NCBI RefSeq assembly: GCF_008065155.1
Contig: NZ_CP042819.1
Location: forward strand, 2,330,922-2,362,921
Length of the DNA stretch: 32,000 nucleotides
Reading direction: 5' to 3'
From: Octadecabacter sp. SW4
GTDB taxonomy: Bacteria > Pseudomonadota > Alphaproteobacteria > Rhodobacterales > Rhodobacteraceae
In this document: positions 1 through 9,798 of the stretch, one piece after another
How the letters are laid out: every line of letters begins with the position of its first letter
Position numbering within the stretch: position 1 is the stretch's first letter
Program-made: the position numbers and the translations under genes
The notes under the pieces: model-generated
Told to the model about the DNA's origin: nothing
The model's database searches: none
Seen by the model: the letters and a program-made list of their open reading frames with translations, nothing else

Positions 1-1009
1 CGATCACATCGTCACCCGCGCCGCCGAACAGAAAATCATCCCCGTCGAAACCCCAGATTTCGTCGTTCTGCCCCTGACCATAGAAACTGTCATCGCCCCC
101 CGAACCATACAGCGTGTCATTGCCATTGCCGGCATAAAGGTCGCCGTTGAACTGGGCATATGTGCCCGAAGAAACATAGTCATCCCCGCCATAAAGCCAA
201 ACATCGCCATTCATGATGCCCGAGTTATAAATGACATTTTCAGCGCTGTTGCCCCTGACAGCCCCCGCGCCACCCGCGATCACACCGCCGCGCGTGTTGA
301 TCACATCCGCCGACACACCCACGGCCAGCCCCGACAGATCAACGCCCCAACCCGTGTCCGACGTAATCGTGCCGGCGTTCTTGACGCTGTTGCCCGTGCC
401 TGCCCCGCCAAAGGCGACACCGGCTCCCCCGCTGGTCACTGTCAGGGTCGACCCGGTCCAGTTGTAAAACAGGTTGTTGCTGCCTTCGACATAAACGCCG
501 TTGCCATAGGTCGCGTCACCCGCAGCAGATGCATTGCCCGCCGAAATCATCGTGCCAAAGTTGCGCACGACTTGTCCGTCCGCGCCGTCTAGCCCCATGC
601 GCAGCGCCGAGCCCGCATCAATCAGCCCGCGGTTGTCAAAGGTCGTGCCAGTGGTGCCAATCTCGACGCCGACGGCCCAATAGGCGTTGATCGTGCCGAA
701 ATTAAAGATTTGGCCGCCAACGGCCTCCCCCTTGTAGCGGATGACCGCGTCAAGATGGCTGTCGCTTTCGCTTTGCATCAACCCACCTTCGTAATTGGCG
801 GTGCGCACATCTGATCCGCGCACTTCAAGGACGCTGGCCATGCTCCACATCTGGCCCGAGTTGTCGACACGCAAGTTATCGTGGCTTGCAAGGGCCGTTA
901 GCGTGTCCCATGACCCCAAAAGGCCCGTAGACAGCACATGAAGATTGTCGCCGGGCGCGGAAAACCACTGTGTTCCATACCCTTGCACATTCGTTGTAAT
1001 CGCCGTCAT
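1..1009 (-). CDS. RTX-type (hemolysin-type Ca2+-binding repeat) secreted protein, N-terminal ~336 aa; the 3' end runs off the window
   Basis: My own minus-strand translation starts at the ATG (complement of 1007-1009; AAGGA 6 nt upstream) and stays open to position 1: MTAITTNVQGYGTQWFSAPGDN... The last ~60 aa are tandem nonapeptides GGDDYVSSG/GNGNDTLYG/SGGDDSFYG/QGQNDEIWG/FDGDDFLFG/GAGDDVI, i.e. GGxGxDxUx. The upstream part shows recurring NxGxI turns (NFGTINA, NRGLIDA, NFGTMISA, NAGTITS, NSGIMNG). It is absent from the ORF track because there is no in-window stop. Confidence 0.8.
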   Translation of the reverse strand, partial: MTAITTNVQGYGTQWFSAPGDNLHVLSTGLLGSWDTLTALASHDNLRVDNSGQMWSMASVLEVRGSDVRTANYEGGLMQSESDSHLDAVIRYKGEAVGGQIFNFGTINAYWAVGVEIGTTGTTFDNRGLIDAGSALRMGLDGADGQVVRNFGTMISAGNASAAGDATYGNGVYVEGSNNLFYNWTGSTLTVTSGGAGVAFGGAGTGNSVKNAGTITSDTGWGVDLSGLAVGVSADVINTRGGVIAGGAGAVRGNSAENVIYNSGIMNGDVWLYGGDDYVSSGTYAQFNGDLYAGNGNDTLYGSGGDDSFYGQGQNDEIWGFDGDDFLFGGAGDDVI

Positions 1010-1132
1010 ACCAATTCCTTTTATCAATAAACTTGGCCAGACCCTGCGAAATCCGGCAGCAGCCTGCATCACCCATATGGAGTATTCCGATTGTTCGGGC
1101 TAAACGGGCGGCAACAATTTGGGACGAACGGT

Positions 1133-2848
1133 ATGGCACGACATCTGATTACTTCGGCGATTCCCTATATCAACGGGATCAAGCATCTGGGAAATCTGGT
1201 TGGCAGCCAGCTCCCGGCGGATCTGTATGCCCGTTATCTGCGCGCGCGCGGCAACGAAGTTCTGTTCCTTTGCGCAACGGATGAACACGGCACGCCCGCC
1301 GAGCTGGCCGCTGCCAAGGCGGGCAAGCCCGTTGCCGAATACTGCGCCGATATGTGGGCGGTGCAGGCCAAGATCGCTGATGGCTTCCGCCTGTCGTTTG
1401 ATCACTTCGGCCGCTCTTCAAGCCCGCAAAACCGTCACCTGACCCAACATTTCGCGGGTGCTTTGGCCGATGCGGGACTGATCGAGGAAGTCACTGAACA
1501 GCAGGTCTACTCCGTGGCCGACGGCCGCTTTTTGCCCGATCGCTATATCGAAGGCACCTGCCCCAACTGCGGTTTTGAATCCGCGCGCGGTGACCAGTGT
1601 GACAATTGCACCAAACAGCTTGATCCGGGTGATCTGATCAACCCCCATTCCACAATTTCCGGATCAACCGATCTGGAAATGCGCGAGACCAAGCACCTCT
1701 ATCTGCGTCAGTCCAAGCTCAGGGACGAACTGGATAGCTGGATCAGCTCGAAAACAGACTGGCCGATCCTGACCACATCCATCGCCAAAAAGTGGCTGCA
1801 TGACGGGGACGGCTTGCAGGACCGTGGCATTACCCGCGATCTGGACTGGGGCGTCCCGGTCAAACGTGGCGATCAGGACTGGCCGGGGATGGAGGGCAAG
1901 GTGTTCTATGTCTGGTTCGATGCGCCGATCGAATACATCGCCTGCGCCCAGGAATGGCAAGACGCGGGCAAAGGCACCGATTGGGAGCGCTGGTGGCGCA
2001 CTGACAAGGGTGCCGATGACGTCCGTTATACCCAGTTCATGGGCAAGGATAACGTGCCGTTTCACACGCTTTCGTTCCCCGCCACGATCATGGGGTCGGG
2101 CGAACCGTGGAAGCTGGTCGATTACATCAAGTCTTTCAACTACCTGAACTATGACGGCGGGCAGTTCTCAACCTCGCGCGGGCGCGGTGTTTTCATGGAT
2201 CAGGCGCTGGACATCCTGCCGGCCGACTACTGGCGCTGGTGGTTGCTGTCACACGCGCCCGAATCCTCGGACGCGGAATTTACCTGGGACACCTTCCAGA
2301 CCGATGTGAACAAGGACCTGGCCGATGTGCTGGGCAATTTTGTGTCGCGCGTCACCAAATTCTGCCGTTCGAAATTTTCCGAGGCCGTGCCCGATGGTGG
2401 CACATGGGGCGCGCCAGAGGATCAGTTGATCGCTGACCTGACCACCCGCCTGACCGCCTATCAGGCCCATATGGACGCGATGGAGGTGCGCAAATCTGCC
2501 GCCGAATTGCGCGCGATCTGGACCTTGGGCAACGAATACCTGCAAACGGTCGCGCCCTGGACCACGTTCAAGACCGACCCCGATCAAGCAGCGGCGCAAA
2601 TCCGGCTCGCCCTGAACCTGATCCCGTTCTATGCGGTGCTTTCGGCGCCCTTCATCCCCGATGCCAGCGCCGAATTGCTGGCGGCGATGAATGCAACGCG
2701 CGCGCAATGGCCTGATGATGTGCGCAGTGCGCTGACGGCCCTGCCGGTCGGCCATGCCTTTAGCGTGCCCGATGTGACGTTCCGCAAGATCACCGATGAC
2801 GAACGCGAGGAATGGGCCCGGAGATTTGCCGGAAAACGCGAGGATTGA
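1133..2848 (+). CDS. metG: methionyl-tRNA synthetase (short form, no C-terminal tRNA-binding domain)
   Basis: ORF 1091-2848. The start [21 protein letters not shown] at ATG 1133 fits the class I HIGH region. Zn knuckle [17 protein letters not shown]; KMSKS-equivalent QFSTSRG. Confidence 0.95.
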   Translation: MARHLITSAIPYINGIKHLGNLVGSQLPADLYARYLRARGNEVLFLCATDEHGTPAELAAAKAGKPVAEYCADMWAVQAKIADGFRLSFDHFGRSSSPQNRHLTQHFAGALADAGLIEEVTEQQVYSVADGRFLPDRYIEGTCPNCGFESARGDQCDNCTKQLDPGDLINPHSTISGSTDLEMRETKHLYLRQSKLRDELDSWISSKTDWPILTTSIAKKWLHDGDGLQDRGITRDLDWGVPVKRGDQDWPGMEGKVFYVWFDAPIEYIACAQEWQDAGKGTDWERWWRTDKGADDVRYTQFMGKDNVPFHTLSFPATIMGSGEPWKLVDYIKSFNYLNYDGGQFSTSRGRGVFMDQALDILPADYWRWWLLSHAPESSDAEFTWDTFQTDVNKDLADVLGNFVSRVTKFCRSKFSEAVPDGGTWGAPEDQLIADLTTRLTAYQAHMDAMEVRKSAAELRAIWTLGNEYLQTVAPWTTFKTDPDQAAAQIRLALNLIPFYAVLSAPFIPDASAELLAAMNATRAQWPDDVRSALTALPVGHAFSVPDVTFRKITDDEREEWARRFAGKRED

Positions 2849-2907
2849 TCGCCCAAACCCGCGCCCGCAAGATTGATACGATCATACAAACGCCGAACGC
2901 GAGAGAA

Positions 2908-2925
2908 CGCCCATTCCGATGGGCG
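2908..2925 (+). terminator. stem-loop CGCCCAT-TCCG-ATGGGCG downstream of metG; possible terminator, no T-tract
   Basis: Perfect 7-bp stem with a 4-nt loop read directly, 60 nt after the metG stop. Function is not demonstrated. Confidence 0.25.
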
Positions 2926-2997
2926 CCGAAATCCCGGCTTAACCTCGCGCGAAATTCTGTTACCGTTCGGAAGGCTTGTTTTATCTGGAGTGTTTCA

Positions 2998-3804
2998 ATG
3001 CGTTTTGCCCCTAAATCCATGTTCGCGGCGGCTTTTGCCATCCTTGCCAGCCCCACCCTTGCCGCACCCTGCGGTAACGATGCATCCGGTTTCGCAGCTT
3101 GGAAACGAGCCTTCGCGCAAGAGGCCGCCGCCGCTGGCGTTGGTGCGGCGGGCCTTCAAGCGCTGGCCAATGCGCAATACTCGCAATCCACCATCAACGC
3201 GGATCGCAACCAGCGCGGCGTGCGCTATGAACTGAACGAATTTATCCGCATCCGGCTTGGCAGTCTTGACAATTTTGCCGGTCAGGCGCGGCGCATGAAA
3301 TCGCAAAACGCAGCTTTTCTTGCCTCGCTCGAAAGCACTTATGGGGTGCCGTCCGGCATTTTGCTTGCCATTCACGGGATGGAAACGGGTTTTGGCCGCA
3401 ACATGGGCAACACGCCCGTGATCGACAGCATCACGACCGTCGCCTATGACTGCCGCCGCGCGGATTTCTTTACGCCCCACGCCATCGCTGCGCTGATCCT
3501 TGTGGATCGTGGCGGGTTGGCGCCGAACCAGCGTGGCGCGGCACATGGTGAAATGGGTCACACGCAGTTCCTGCCCGGCAATGCGCTACGCTATGGCGTG
3601 GATGCCAATGGCGACGGGCGTGTCAATCTTTACGACATGGGTGATGCCCTTGCCTCAACGGCGAATTTCCTGCGCCAGAAGGGCTGGCAGCCGGGCCAAC
3701 CCTATCAGGAAGGCAGCGCCAATTTCCGCGTTTTGGACGAATGGAACGCGGCGACCGTCTATCAACAGGCGATTGCGCTTTCTGCGGTGCGGATCGACAG
3801 GTAG
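2998..3804 (+). CDS. lytic murein transglycosylase (MltB/SLT_2 family), secreted
   Basis: ORF 2812-3804. ATG 2998 is preceded by GGAG and gives the signal peptide MRFAPKSMFAAAFAILASPTLAAP. Motifs GMETGFG, MGHTQFLP, DALASTANFL. Confidence 0.85.
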   Translation: MRFAPKSMFAAAFAILASPTLAAPCGNDASGFAAWKRAFAQEAAAAGVGAAGLQALANAQYSQSTINADRNQRGVRYELNEFIRIRLGSLDNFAGQARRMKSQNAAFLASLESTYGVPSGILLAIHGMETGFGRNMGNTPVIDSITTVAYDCRRADFFTPHAIAALILVDRGGLAPNQRGAAHGEMGHTQFLPGNALRYGVDANGDGRVNLYDMGDALASTANFLRQKGWQPGQPYQEGSANFRVLDEWNAATVYQQAIALSAVRIDR

Positions 3805-3846
3805 GCGAAAGCCGTCATTGCTCTCGTCGATTGCAGGCAAATCCAT

Positions 3847-3932
3847 TGGTGCCCGCGGCCGGACTCGAACCGGCACGGCCATACGGCCAAGAGATTTTAA
3901 GTCTCCAGTGTCTACCATTCCACCACGCGGGC
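3847..3932 (-). tRNA. tRNA-Leu, anticodon UAA, encoded CCA end, long variable arm
   Basis: The reverse complement folds as acceptor GCCCGCG/CGCGGGC, anticodon arm GGAGA-CUUAAAA-UCUCU (anticodon UAA), variable arm GGCCGUAUGGCC, T arm GCCGG-UUCGAGU-CCGGC, then A-CCA. Confidence 0.9.
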
Positions 3933-3974
3933 ACGCGGTGGCGCGACCATAGCCAAACGACCGGGCGCGTAAAG

Positions 3975-4514
3975 TCAGATATCTTCGCCGGGCGGTTCTT
4001 GCAGCAGGCTGCGTTCAGATAGCCACGGGTTCAGGGCAAGGGCGGCGCGCAACACCTCTTGCGCCTCGTCGTCACGGCCCAATCCCATCAAGGTCAGCGC
4101 CTTGCCCGACAGGGCGGCGACATGCGTCGGATTGATCTCGAGGGCGCGCTCGAGGTCGGTCAACGCCAGATCGAATTCCTGTCTCAGAAAACTGGCAAAG
4201 GCGCGCTGGTTGTAGCCTTCGGCGTAGTCGGGGCAATAGGCGACCAGATCGTCAAACAACGCGCGCGCACCCAGAAAGTCATAAGATTCGCGCCGCGCCA
4301 TGCCTTCGTCCAACAACGCCTGCGCCTTGGCGTCAGGGGCGTCGGTCCAAAGCCGCCACAAGCCATCCGCCAACTGCCGCGCAGCCATTTCCGTTTCCGC
4401 CACTTGAATCTGCGCAATGATCGCGGCCAGGTCATCGCCATGATCGGGCGCGGGCGGGCATGCCTGCGCCCAGGCCGGAGCGGCAACGAACAACAAGGGG
4501 ATCAGCGCTTTCAT
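3975..4514 (-). CDS. secreted tetratricopeptide-repeat protein
   Basis: 179-aa ORF. N-terminal signal [21 protein letters not shown]-like helices ([55 protein letters not shown]). Confidence 0.7.
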   Translation of the reverse strand: MKALIPLLFVAAPAWAQACPPAPDHGDDLAAIIAQIQVAETEMAARQLADGLWRLWTDAPDAKAQALLDEGMARRESYDFLGARALFDDLVAYCPDYAEGYNQRAFASFLRQEFDLALTDLERALEINPTHVAALSGKALTLMGLGRDDEAQEVLRAALALNPWLSERSLLQEPPGEDI

Positions 4515-4564
4515 GACCCCAAAGATGGCGCACCGCGCGCCTGCGTCAAGTCACGCTTTGGCGA

Positions 4565-5056
4565 CTATCCAATCGCGAGGGGTGTCACAGGCACGACACC
4601 CTCTTCCTTCACAGCCTGCATCGCCACATAGGTCGAGGTATTGGCCACATGCGGCAATGTCGATATTTTTTCAGCCAGAACAAGGCGGTAGGCCGACATA
4701 CTGGCGGTGCGCACCTTAAGCAGATAATCAAACGATCCGGCAATCAGGTGGCATTGTTCAATTTCCGGCACGCGGGTCACGGCGGTGTTGAACGCCGCCA
4801 GCGCAGTTTCGCGGGTATCGCTCAGCTTTACTTCGACAAAGGCGACGTGATCGCGCCCCAGCCGGATCGGATCAAACAGGGCGCGATAGCCACGGATCAC
4901 GCCGCTGTCTTCCAGCCGCTTCAGCCGCGCTTGGGTCGGGGATTTCGACAACCCGATCCGGCGGGCGAGTTCCGTCACACTGATGCGCCCCTCAATCGCC
5001 ATGACGTCCAGAATCTTGCGATCAAAGCGGTCCATCTCGGAAAAGCGTTCGGTCAT
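4565..5056 (-). CDS. putR: Lrp/AsnC-family transcriptional regulator, proline-responsive activator of putA (PutR-like)
   Basis: This is the C-terminal 163 aa of ORF 4565-5800, starting MTERFSEMDRFDRKILDVMAIEGRISVTELARRIGLSKSPTQARLKRLEDSGVI (HTH plus RAM domain). The ATG is the complement of 5054-5056. It is divergent from putA. Confidence 0.85.
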   Translation of the reverse strand: MTERFSEMDRFDRKILDVMAIEGRISVTELARRIGLSKSPTQARLKRLEDSGVIRGYRALFDPIRLGRDHVAFVEVKLSDTRETALAAFNTAVTRVPEIEQCHLIAGSFDYLLKVRTASMSAYRLVLAEKISTLPHVANTSTYVAMQAVKEEGVVPVTPLAIG

Positions 5057-5084
5057 GTTCACATCCTCTTTTTGGTCTATCTGA

Positions 5085-5107
5085 CCTGCTGTGATGTAAA
5101 TAGCAGG
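5085..5107. promoter_or_regulatory. inverted repeat CCTGCT-N11-AGCAGG in the putR/putA divergent spacer; candidate operator
   Basis: Read directly in the 105-nt AT-richer spacer 5057-5161. Assigning it to PutR is inference only. Confidence 0.2.
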
Positions 5108-5161
5108 CAAAACATGCAGCGGCAATTGGTTATCATAGGCCAACAGTAATCGAGGTTTACC

Positions 5162-8100
5162 ATGCCCAGTGATTCCCCAAAGGCCCTTCGCCAGACCATT
5201 GATACCGCGATCTATGCCGATGAGGCGCCCGTCATTGCACGCCTGCGTCAAGAGGCAAACCTCAGCGATGCCGACCGCGTCCGCATCAGCGCCCAGGGTG
5301 CCAAACTGGTGCAAGATATCCGCGACAGTTCCGAACCCGGCTTGATGGAAGTGTTTCTGGCCGAATACGGGCTGTCCACCGACGAAGGGATCGCGCTGAT
5401 GTGCCTGGCCGAGGCCCTGTTGCGTGTGCCCGATGCCGACACGATTGACGCGCTGATTGATGACAAGATCGCGCCCAGCGACTGGGGCACGCACCTTGGC
5501 AAATCTGCGTCCTCGCTGGTGAATGCCTCGACCTGGGCCTTGATGCTGACGGGTCGCGTTCTGGACGATGATCGCGGCATGGCCCAACCCCTGCGTCGCG
5601 CGATCAAACGGCTGGGCGAACCGGTGATCCGCACTGCGGTGGCCCGCGCCATGCGTGAAATGGGCCGCCAGTTCGTGCTGGGTGAGGATATCGAGAAAGC
5701 AATGAAACGCGCCGCCGGCATGGAGGCACTGGGCTTTACCTATTCTTATGACATGCTGGGCGAAGCGGCACGCACCGATGCGGATGCCCGCGCCTATCAC
5801 CTGTCCTATTCCCGCGCGATCAGCGCCATTGCCAGCGCCTGCACCAAGGGCAGCGTGGCGGAAAACCCCGGCATTTCCGTCAAGCTTTCAGCGCTCCATC
5901 CGCGCTATGAAACCGCGCAAAAAGCCCGCGTCATGGATGAACTCGTGCCGCGCGTGCGATCATTGGCGATGCTGGCGAAGTCTGCCGGACAGGGGTTCAA
6001 TATCGACGCCGAGGAAGCCGACCGCCTATCGCTGTCGTTGGACGTGATCGAGGCGGTGCTATCGGACAAGGCCCTAAAGGGCTGGGACGGGTTCGGCGTT
6101 GTCGTGCAGGCCTTTGGCCAACGCGCCGGTCACGTAATCGACTGGCTGCACGATCTGGCCAGACGGCTGGACCGCAAGATCATGGTGCGGCTGGTCAAAG
6201 GCGCCTATTGGGACGCGGAAATCAAGCGCGCGCAGGTGCAAGGCATGCCGGGCTTTCCGGTCTTCACCCACAAACCCGCGACCGATATCAGCTATATCGC
6301 AAACGCGCGCAAACTGCTGGGGATGACGGACCGGATCTATCCGCAATTTGCGACCCATAATGCGCATACGGTCGCCGCCGTGCTGGATATGGCCGATCAG
6401 ATGGGCCAGTCGCGCGATGCCTTTGAATTCCAGCGGCTTCACGGCATGGGTGAGACCCTGCACAAAATCGTCCTGAAAGACCGCGGCACCCGCTGCCGAA
6501 TTTACGCCCCCGTAGGTGCGCACGAAGACCTGCTGGCCTATCTGGTGCGGCGTTTGCTGGAAAACGGCGCCAATTCAAGCTTCGTGAACCAGATCGTTGA
6601 TGAAAACGTGCCCCCCGCCGTGGTCGCCGCCGATCCGTTTGCGGCTGATATGCCCGATTTGAACCTGCCACGCGGGCCGGAACTGTTTGCCCCGGAACGC
6701 GAGAATTCGCGTGGGTGGGACATCACCCATGAACCGACTCTGGCAGACATGAACAAAGGCCGCGCCCCGTTCCAGAAACACTTGTGGGAGGGCGCGCCGC
6801 AGCTTGCCAAGGGCAAAGCCGACGGCAAGGGCAACAGCCGCAAGGTGATCAACCCGGCCCGCCCGCGCGACACCGTTGGCACCGTGGCCGAGGCAAGCAC
6901 AGGCGATATCGCTGCTGCGTTCAAGGCGGCCAAACCCTGGGATGCCCCTGTGGCGACCCGCGCTGCCGCCCTGCGCACCGTGGCTGACGCCTATGAAGCC
7001 AACGCCGATGAAATCTTTGCGCTGCTGGCGCGCGAGGCGGGGAAAATTCTGCTCGACGGCGTTGGCGAAGTCCGCGAAGCCGTTGATTTCCTGCGCTATT
7101 ACGCCGCCCAAGCCGAGGCCGCAGGCGACACCGCGCCGCGCGGCATCTGGACCTGCATCAGCCCGTGGAACTTCCCTCTGGCCATTTTTACGGGGCAGAT
7201 CGCGGCGGCTCTTGCAACAGGCAACGCCGTGCTGGCGAAACCTGCAGAACAGACCGGCTTGATCGCCACCTTGGCCGTGAAACTGATGCACAAAGCGGGC
7301 GTTCCGAAATCCGCGCTGCAACTATTGCCCGGTGGCGGGTCCGTCGGCGCAGCCCTGACGGGGGATGCGCGCATCAATGGCGTCGCCTTTACCGGATCAA
7401 CCGGCACCGCGCTGAAAATCCGGACCAGCATGGCGCAGCACTGCGCGCCCGGCACGCCGCTGATCGCGGAAACCGGTGGGCTGAATGCGATGATCGTCGA
7501 TTCCACCGCCCTGCCCGAACACGCCGTGCGCGACATCTTGCAAAGCGCGTTCCAGTCGGCAGGCCAGCGCTGTTCAGCGCTGCGCTGCCTTTATGTGCAG
7601 GAAGACATCGCCGACGGGCTGATCAAGATGTTGAAGGGCGCGATGGATGAATTGGCCGCGGGCGATCCCTGGCAGTTGGCCACCGACATCGGCCCCGTGA
7701 TCGACGCCGCCGCGCACCAGAGCATCGCCGACCATATCGCACAGGCGCGTCAGGACGGGCGCATCCTGCATGAGCTGACAGCGCCAGACACGGGCCATTT
7801 CATTGCGCCGACCGTGATCCGCGTGGATGGTATTGCCGATTTGACCCGCGAAATTTTCGGCCCCGTGCTGCATGTCGCCACCTACAAGGCGCGCGATCTG
7901 GACCGCGTGATCGCCACGATCAACGCCACCGGATACGGGTTGACCTTTGGATTGCATACCCGGATCGACGACCGCGTGCAGCAGGTTGTCGAACAGGTAA
8001 CTGCGGGCAACATCTATGTGAATCGTAACCAGATTGGCGCGGTTGTGGGTAGCCAACCCTTTGGCGGAGAAGGGCTTTCGGGCACCGGACCAAAGGCGGG

Positions 8101-8617
8101 CGGGCCGCTCTATCTGACACGGTTCCGCGCGGTGGATACGCCCGCGGGCGGTGACTGGGACGGTCCCGACGATATCGCGGCGCTTGGCACACGCCTTGCC
8201 CAAACGCCTGCCGGGAGTGGCGCGCCAACCCGCGATCTGCCCGGGCCCACCGGTGAATCCAACCGCCTGTCCGCCCATCCGCGCGGTCCGGTCTTGTGTC
8301 TTGGACCGGGAGCCGACGCCGCCAAGGCGCAGGCTGACGCCGTGCAAGCCGCTGGCGGCACCGCCGTCAAGGCCAAGGGCCGGATCAAACCCGAAACACT
8401 CGCGACCCTGGCGCCCCTTGCCGCAGTCGTCTGGTGGGGTGACAGCGACACAGGACGCGCCATCGAAACGGTGCTTGCCGGGCGCGTTGGGCCGATTCTG
8501 CCGCTGATTACCGGCTTGCCGGATGCAGCCACGGTCCTGCACGAACGCCATACCTGCATCGACACGACAGCGGCAGGCGGCAACGCGGCCCTGCTGGCCG
8601 AGGTCGCGGGGATGTAA
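5162..8617 (+). CDS. putA: bifunctional proline dehydrogenase / L-glutamate-gamma-semialdehyde (P5C) dehydrogenase
   Basis: 1151-aa ORF with GAGG 8 nt upstream. PRODH barrel region (VKGAYWD, FATHNAH), ALDH domain (ETGGLNAMIVD, GQRCSA), and a C-terminal PutA-type domain. Confidence 0.95.
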   Translation: MPSDSPKALRQTIDTAIYADEAPVIARLRQEANLSDADRVRISAQGAKLVQDIRDSSEPGLMEVFLAEYGLSTDEGIALMCLAEALLRVPDADTIDALIDDKIAPSDWGTHLGKSASSLVNASTWALMLTGRVLDDDRGMAQPLRRAIKRLGEPVIRTAVARAMREMGRQFVLGEDIEKAMKRAAGMEALGFTYSYDMLGEAARTDADARAYHLSYSRAISAIASACTKGSVAENPGISVKLSALHPRYETAQKARVMDELVPRVRSLAMLAKSAGQGFNIDAEEADRLSLSLDVIEAVLSDKALKGWDGFGVVVQAFGQRAGHVIDWLHDLARRLDRKIMVRLVKGAYWDAEIKRAQVQGMPGFPVFTHKPATDISYIANARKLLGMTDRIYPQFATHNAHTVAAVLDMADQMGQSRDAFEFQRLHGMGETLHKIVLKDRGTRCRIYAPVGAHEDLLAYLVRRLLENGANSSFVNQIVDENVPPAVVAADPFAADMPDLNLPRGPELFAPERENSRGWDITHEPTLADMNKGRAPFQKHLWEGAPQLAKGKADGKGNSRKVINPARPRDTVGTVAEASTGDIAAAFKAAKPWDAPVATRAAALRTVADAYEANADEIFALLAREAGKILLDGVGEVREAVDFLRYYAAQAEAAGDTAPRGIWTCISPWNFPLAIFTGQIAAALATGNAVLAKPAEQTGLIATLAVKLMHKAGVPKSALQLLPGGGSVGAALTGDARINGVAFTGSTGTALKIRTSMAQHCAPGTPLIAETGGLNAMIVDSTALPEHAVRDILQSAFQSAGQRCSALRCLYVQEDIADGLIKMLKGAMDELAAGDPWQLATDIGPVIDAAAHQSIADHIAQARQDGRILHELTAPDTGHFIAPTVIRVDGIADLTREIFGPVLHVATYKARDLDRVIATINATGYGLTFGLHTRIDDRVQQVVEQVTAGNIYVNRNQIGAVVGSQPFGGEGLSGTGPKAGGPLYLTRFRAVDTPAGGDWDGPDDIAALGTRLAQTPAGSGAPTRDLPGPTGESNRLSAHPRGPVLCLGPGADAAKAQADAVQAAGGTAVKAKGRIKPETLATLAPLAAVVWWGDSDTGRAIETVLAGRVGPILPLITGLPDAATVLHERHTCIDTTAAGGNAALLAEVAGM

Positions 8618-8689
8618 GCGGGTTCCGGGTGAGAAGGCAGCAACGCCTTCCCACTTGACCACGCGCGCGCCGTGCCCGACTGTCGCGCC

Positions 8690-9430
8690 ATGTTTCCAAT
8701 TCGCGATCACAACCCGTCCCTGCGCACGCCCTACGTGACCTACGCCCTCATCACCGCCAATGTGGCGGTTTTTCTATACGGGCTGGCCGCATTGCAATCA
8801 CCGCTGGCTGAACGGATGTTCCTGTTCGACTATGCGATGATCCCGCGCCTGATCAGTCAAGGTGACGGTCAACTGGGGCTACTGACCCATATGTTCATAC
8901 ATGGCGGCTGGATGCATATCGCCGGTAACATGCTGTTTTTATACGTCTATGGCGACAACCTCGAGGAAGAGATGGGCCATGTCGGATTCCTGCTGTTTTA
9001 TCTGGGGTGCGGTCTCGTTGCGGGTTATGCGCAATACCTCATGGCCCCGACAAGCCCAATACCAATGGTCGGCGCGTCGGGCGCGATTGCCGGCGTGATG
9101 GGGGGCTATCTGTTGCTGTTCCCCAAGGCCAAGATCGATGTGCTGGTGTTCCTTCTTGTATTTATCCGCATCATTCCGATCCCCGCATTCATCATGTTGG
9201 GACTGTGGTTTGGACTGCAGCTGTTAAATGGTGTCGGCACCAGTCCGCTGGGCGGCGGCGTTGCCTACTGGGCGCATATTGGCGGCTTTGTCGCTGGTTT
9301 GGTGGCAACGGTGCCGCTGTGGTTGCGCCGTGGTGGCACCCGTTTCTGGGATCGCACCCACGGCCATCCGCCCCATCCACCAGCGCATTATCCGGTCATT
9401 TCCAGCCGTATCCCCAGGGTGCGCCGATGA
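8690..9430 (+). CDS. rhomboid-family intramembrane serine protease
   Basis: ORF 8672-9430; ATG 8690 (MFPIRDHNPS) is preferred over GTG 8672. Motifs HIAGN, catalytic GASGAIAG, and AHIGGFVAG. Confidence 0.85.
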   Translation: MFPIRDHNPSLRTPYVTYALITANVAVFLYGLAALQSPLAERMFLFDYAMIPRLISQGDGQLGLLTHMFIHGGWMHIAGNMLFLYVYGDNLEEEMGHVGFLLFYLGCGLVAGYAQYLMAPTSPIPMVGASGAIAGVMGGYLLLFPKAKIDVLVFLLVFIRIIPIPAFIMLGLWFGLQLLNGVGTSPLGGGVAYWAHIGGFVAGLVATVPLWLRRGGTRFWDRTHGHPPHPPAHYPVISSRIPRVRR

Positions 9431-9798
9431 CAGACCTGCATGACACGTCCTGCCACTGTGGCGCGGTGCGCCTGCGGGTGAAACTGGCACAGCCCCTGTC
9501 AAAGGCCATCCGCTGCGACTGTTCGTTCTGCCGCCGCCGTCAGGCAGCCAACGTCACGGTCATGGTCGGCGACCTAGAGGTCTTGCAAGGCATTGATAAT
9601 CTGACGCTTTACACCTTTGGCACCGGCACGGCGCAGCACTTTTTCTGCAAGACCTGCGGGATCTATACCCATCATCAACGCCGCTCTGATCCGCGCCAAT
9701 ATGGTGTGAATATCGGCACGATCAATGGCGTGAACCCACGTGAATACGAACCGATCCCCTGGGCGGACGGCATCAACCATCCATCCGATCAGACCTAG
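9427..9798 (+). CDS. GFA-family (glutathione-dependent formaldehyde-activating / CENP-V-like) Zn-binding protein
   Basis: 123 aa: MTDLHDTSCHCGAVRLRV...CDCSFCRRR...FFCKTCG. ATG 9427 overlaps the rhomboid stop as ATGA. The longer track ORF 9007-9798 overlaps rhomboid in another frame. Confidence 0.85.
   Translation: MTDLHDTSCHCGAVRLRVKLAQPLSKAIRCDCSFCRRRQAANVTVMVGDLEVLQGIDNLTLYTFGTGTAQHFFCKTCGIYTHHQRRSDPRQYGVNIGTINGVNPREYEPIPWADGINHPSDQT

Noticed and set aside
3805-3975. tRNA-Leu as an integration hotspot or island boundary
   Set aside because: I saw no integrase or transposase nearby, no direct repeat of the tRNA 3' end elsewhere in the window, and the flanking genes are ordinary core genes with normal composition.
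5057-5800. Long N-terminal extension of the putR ORF (411 aa in the track)
   Set aside because: The extension runs antisense through the putA start region and is Gly/Arg/His-rich. The Lrp/AsnC domain is complete from MTERF (5056).
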